A stretch of 64,000 nt of DNA from Laetmonice hystrix (Eukaryota). Under the pieces are notes generated by a model. That model ran no database searches, was not told the DNA's origin, and saw nothing but the letters and a program-made list of their open reading frames with translations. The DNA is taken from contig OZ249436.1 of NCBI GenBank assembly GCA_965235115.1, positions 23,810,001-23,874,000 on the forward strand, in the 5' to 3' direction. Every line of letters starts with the position of its first letter. Positions within the stretch are counted from its first letter, which is position 1. The position numbers and the translations under genes were made by a program. Shown here piece by piece: positions 63,001 through 64,000 of the stretch.

Positions 63001-63433
63001 TCGACATCCATGCCCACTAGGCCACCGCCACTCCCCTAAAAAAGGAGCTTTGTGATTAGGTCCCTATATACCCCACCTGACTGTAATGATTAGGTCCCTA
63101 TATACCTCACTTGACTGTATTTTTCTTTTTCTGAAATGCACGGGCATCAGGGGTAACCCAATTACTTTGACAATGTCCATAAAGAGAAAAGTTGTATAGT
63201 CATCTACAGGAATCGAACCCAGGCCCTAAGATTACTGCACCCATTCGCATAGCATAAGGTGTCGACATCCATGCCCACTAGGCCACTGACTGTAGTGATT
63301 AGGTCCCTATATACCCAACCTGACTGTAATGATTAGGTCCCTATATACCTCACTTGACTGTATTTTTCTTTTTCTGAAATGCACGGGCATCAGGGGTAAC
63401 CCAATTACTTTGACAATGTCCCTAAAGAGAAAA
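60038..63433 (-). repeat. Tandem array of tRNA-derived (SINE-like) ~335-bp units, with truncated units and 33-bp linkers
   Basis: GACTGTATTTTT at 60065, 60404, 60739, 61074, 61408. Minus strand of each unit has GGTGGCCGAGTGG (A-box) and GGGTTCGATTCC (B-box). Confidence 0.85.
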
Positions 63434-63635
63434 AACGGGGAAAAAAAGGAGAAAAAACGGAATATGTGAAGTGAAAGCAGGCCACGGTTACGCCAGAAGT
63501 GATTCTACCTATGCTGAAGGCTGCAGGAGTGTTCAACTTTATTCCTTAACAGTGTAACTTGTTGAAGCATTTCAATTATACGAAGAACATTGAGCTATCC
63601 ACCAAAGTTGTCAAGCAAATCACCAAGTATGAAAA

Positions 63636-63977
63636 GGGCATCAATAAACAGCGAACTAAGCGAACTGAACGAACTGAGGGAACTGAGATCGATTAGTTGT
63701 GCAACAAGCGAGTGACTTCAGGTGTGACGTCACGGCCGGAAGTTATTGACTATTTTAACAACAGTTTTGGGACTAAAATAACAGTAACCCTAGGCCTAAC
63801 CTTTACCCTAACCCAAACACACTATTTCGTGGAGGAATTAGTCAAACTAATTTAGGTCTGCTGTTTCCATGTTGGTGCCAATAGCCAGTCCCTATGGGGA
63901 ATCCCCCCAGGCATAACGAGACGATCTCAGCTCGTTCAGTTCGTTCAGTTCTTTCAGTTCACTGTTTATTGATGCCC
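63636..63977. mobile_element. MITE with ~55-bp TIRs and a short CCCTAA-like patch
   Basis: GGGCATCAATAAACAGCGAACT...GAGATCG / CGATCTCAG...AGTTCACTGTTTATTGATGCCC. Confidence 0.75.
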
Positions 63978-64000
63978 GTATTAAAGCTACTGATGTGCAA

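Overview
Repeat-dominated animal (probably marine-invertebrate) genomic DNA; almost none of the listed ORFs are real genes. Bases 1-34,422 form one nested stack of non-autonomous Helentron/Helitron2-type (HINE/DINE-1-like) elements from about 6-7 related families, all on the minus strand. Each has a 5' hairpin containing the subterminal inverted repeat (subTIR), a (TTA)n/(TAG)n microsatellite, internal tandem repeats, and a 3' subTIR + short hairpin + CTAG. Copies sit inside the (TTA)n tract about 60 bp from another copy's 5' end, so the ends pair like brackets: 18 family-matched pairs with no crossing, plus 5 unmatched 5' ends whose partners should lie upstream of the window. A second stack in the opposite orientation lies at 54.5-59.5 kb. 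Between them are Harbinger-type elements with transposase remnants, hAT-, piggyBac- and Tc1/mariner-like MITEs, a Gypsy-like PBS + gag remnant, and the last four exons of a + strand gene encoding a single-pass membrane protein with calcium-binding EGF modules (42.0-46.3 kb). The window ends with a ~335-bp tRNA-derived tandem array (60.0-63.4 kb). Family letters A-G are my own labels; superfamily names come from terminal structure only, with no database search.
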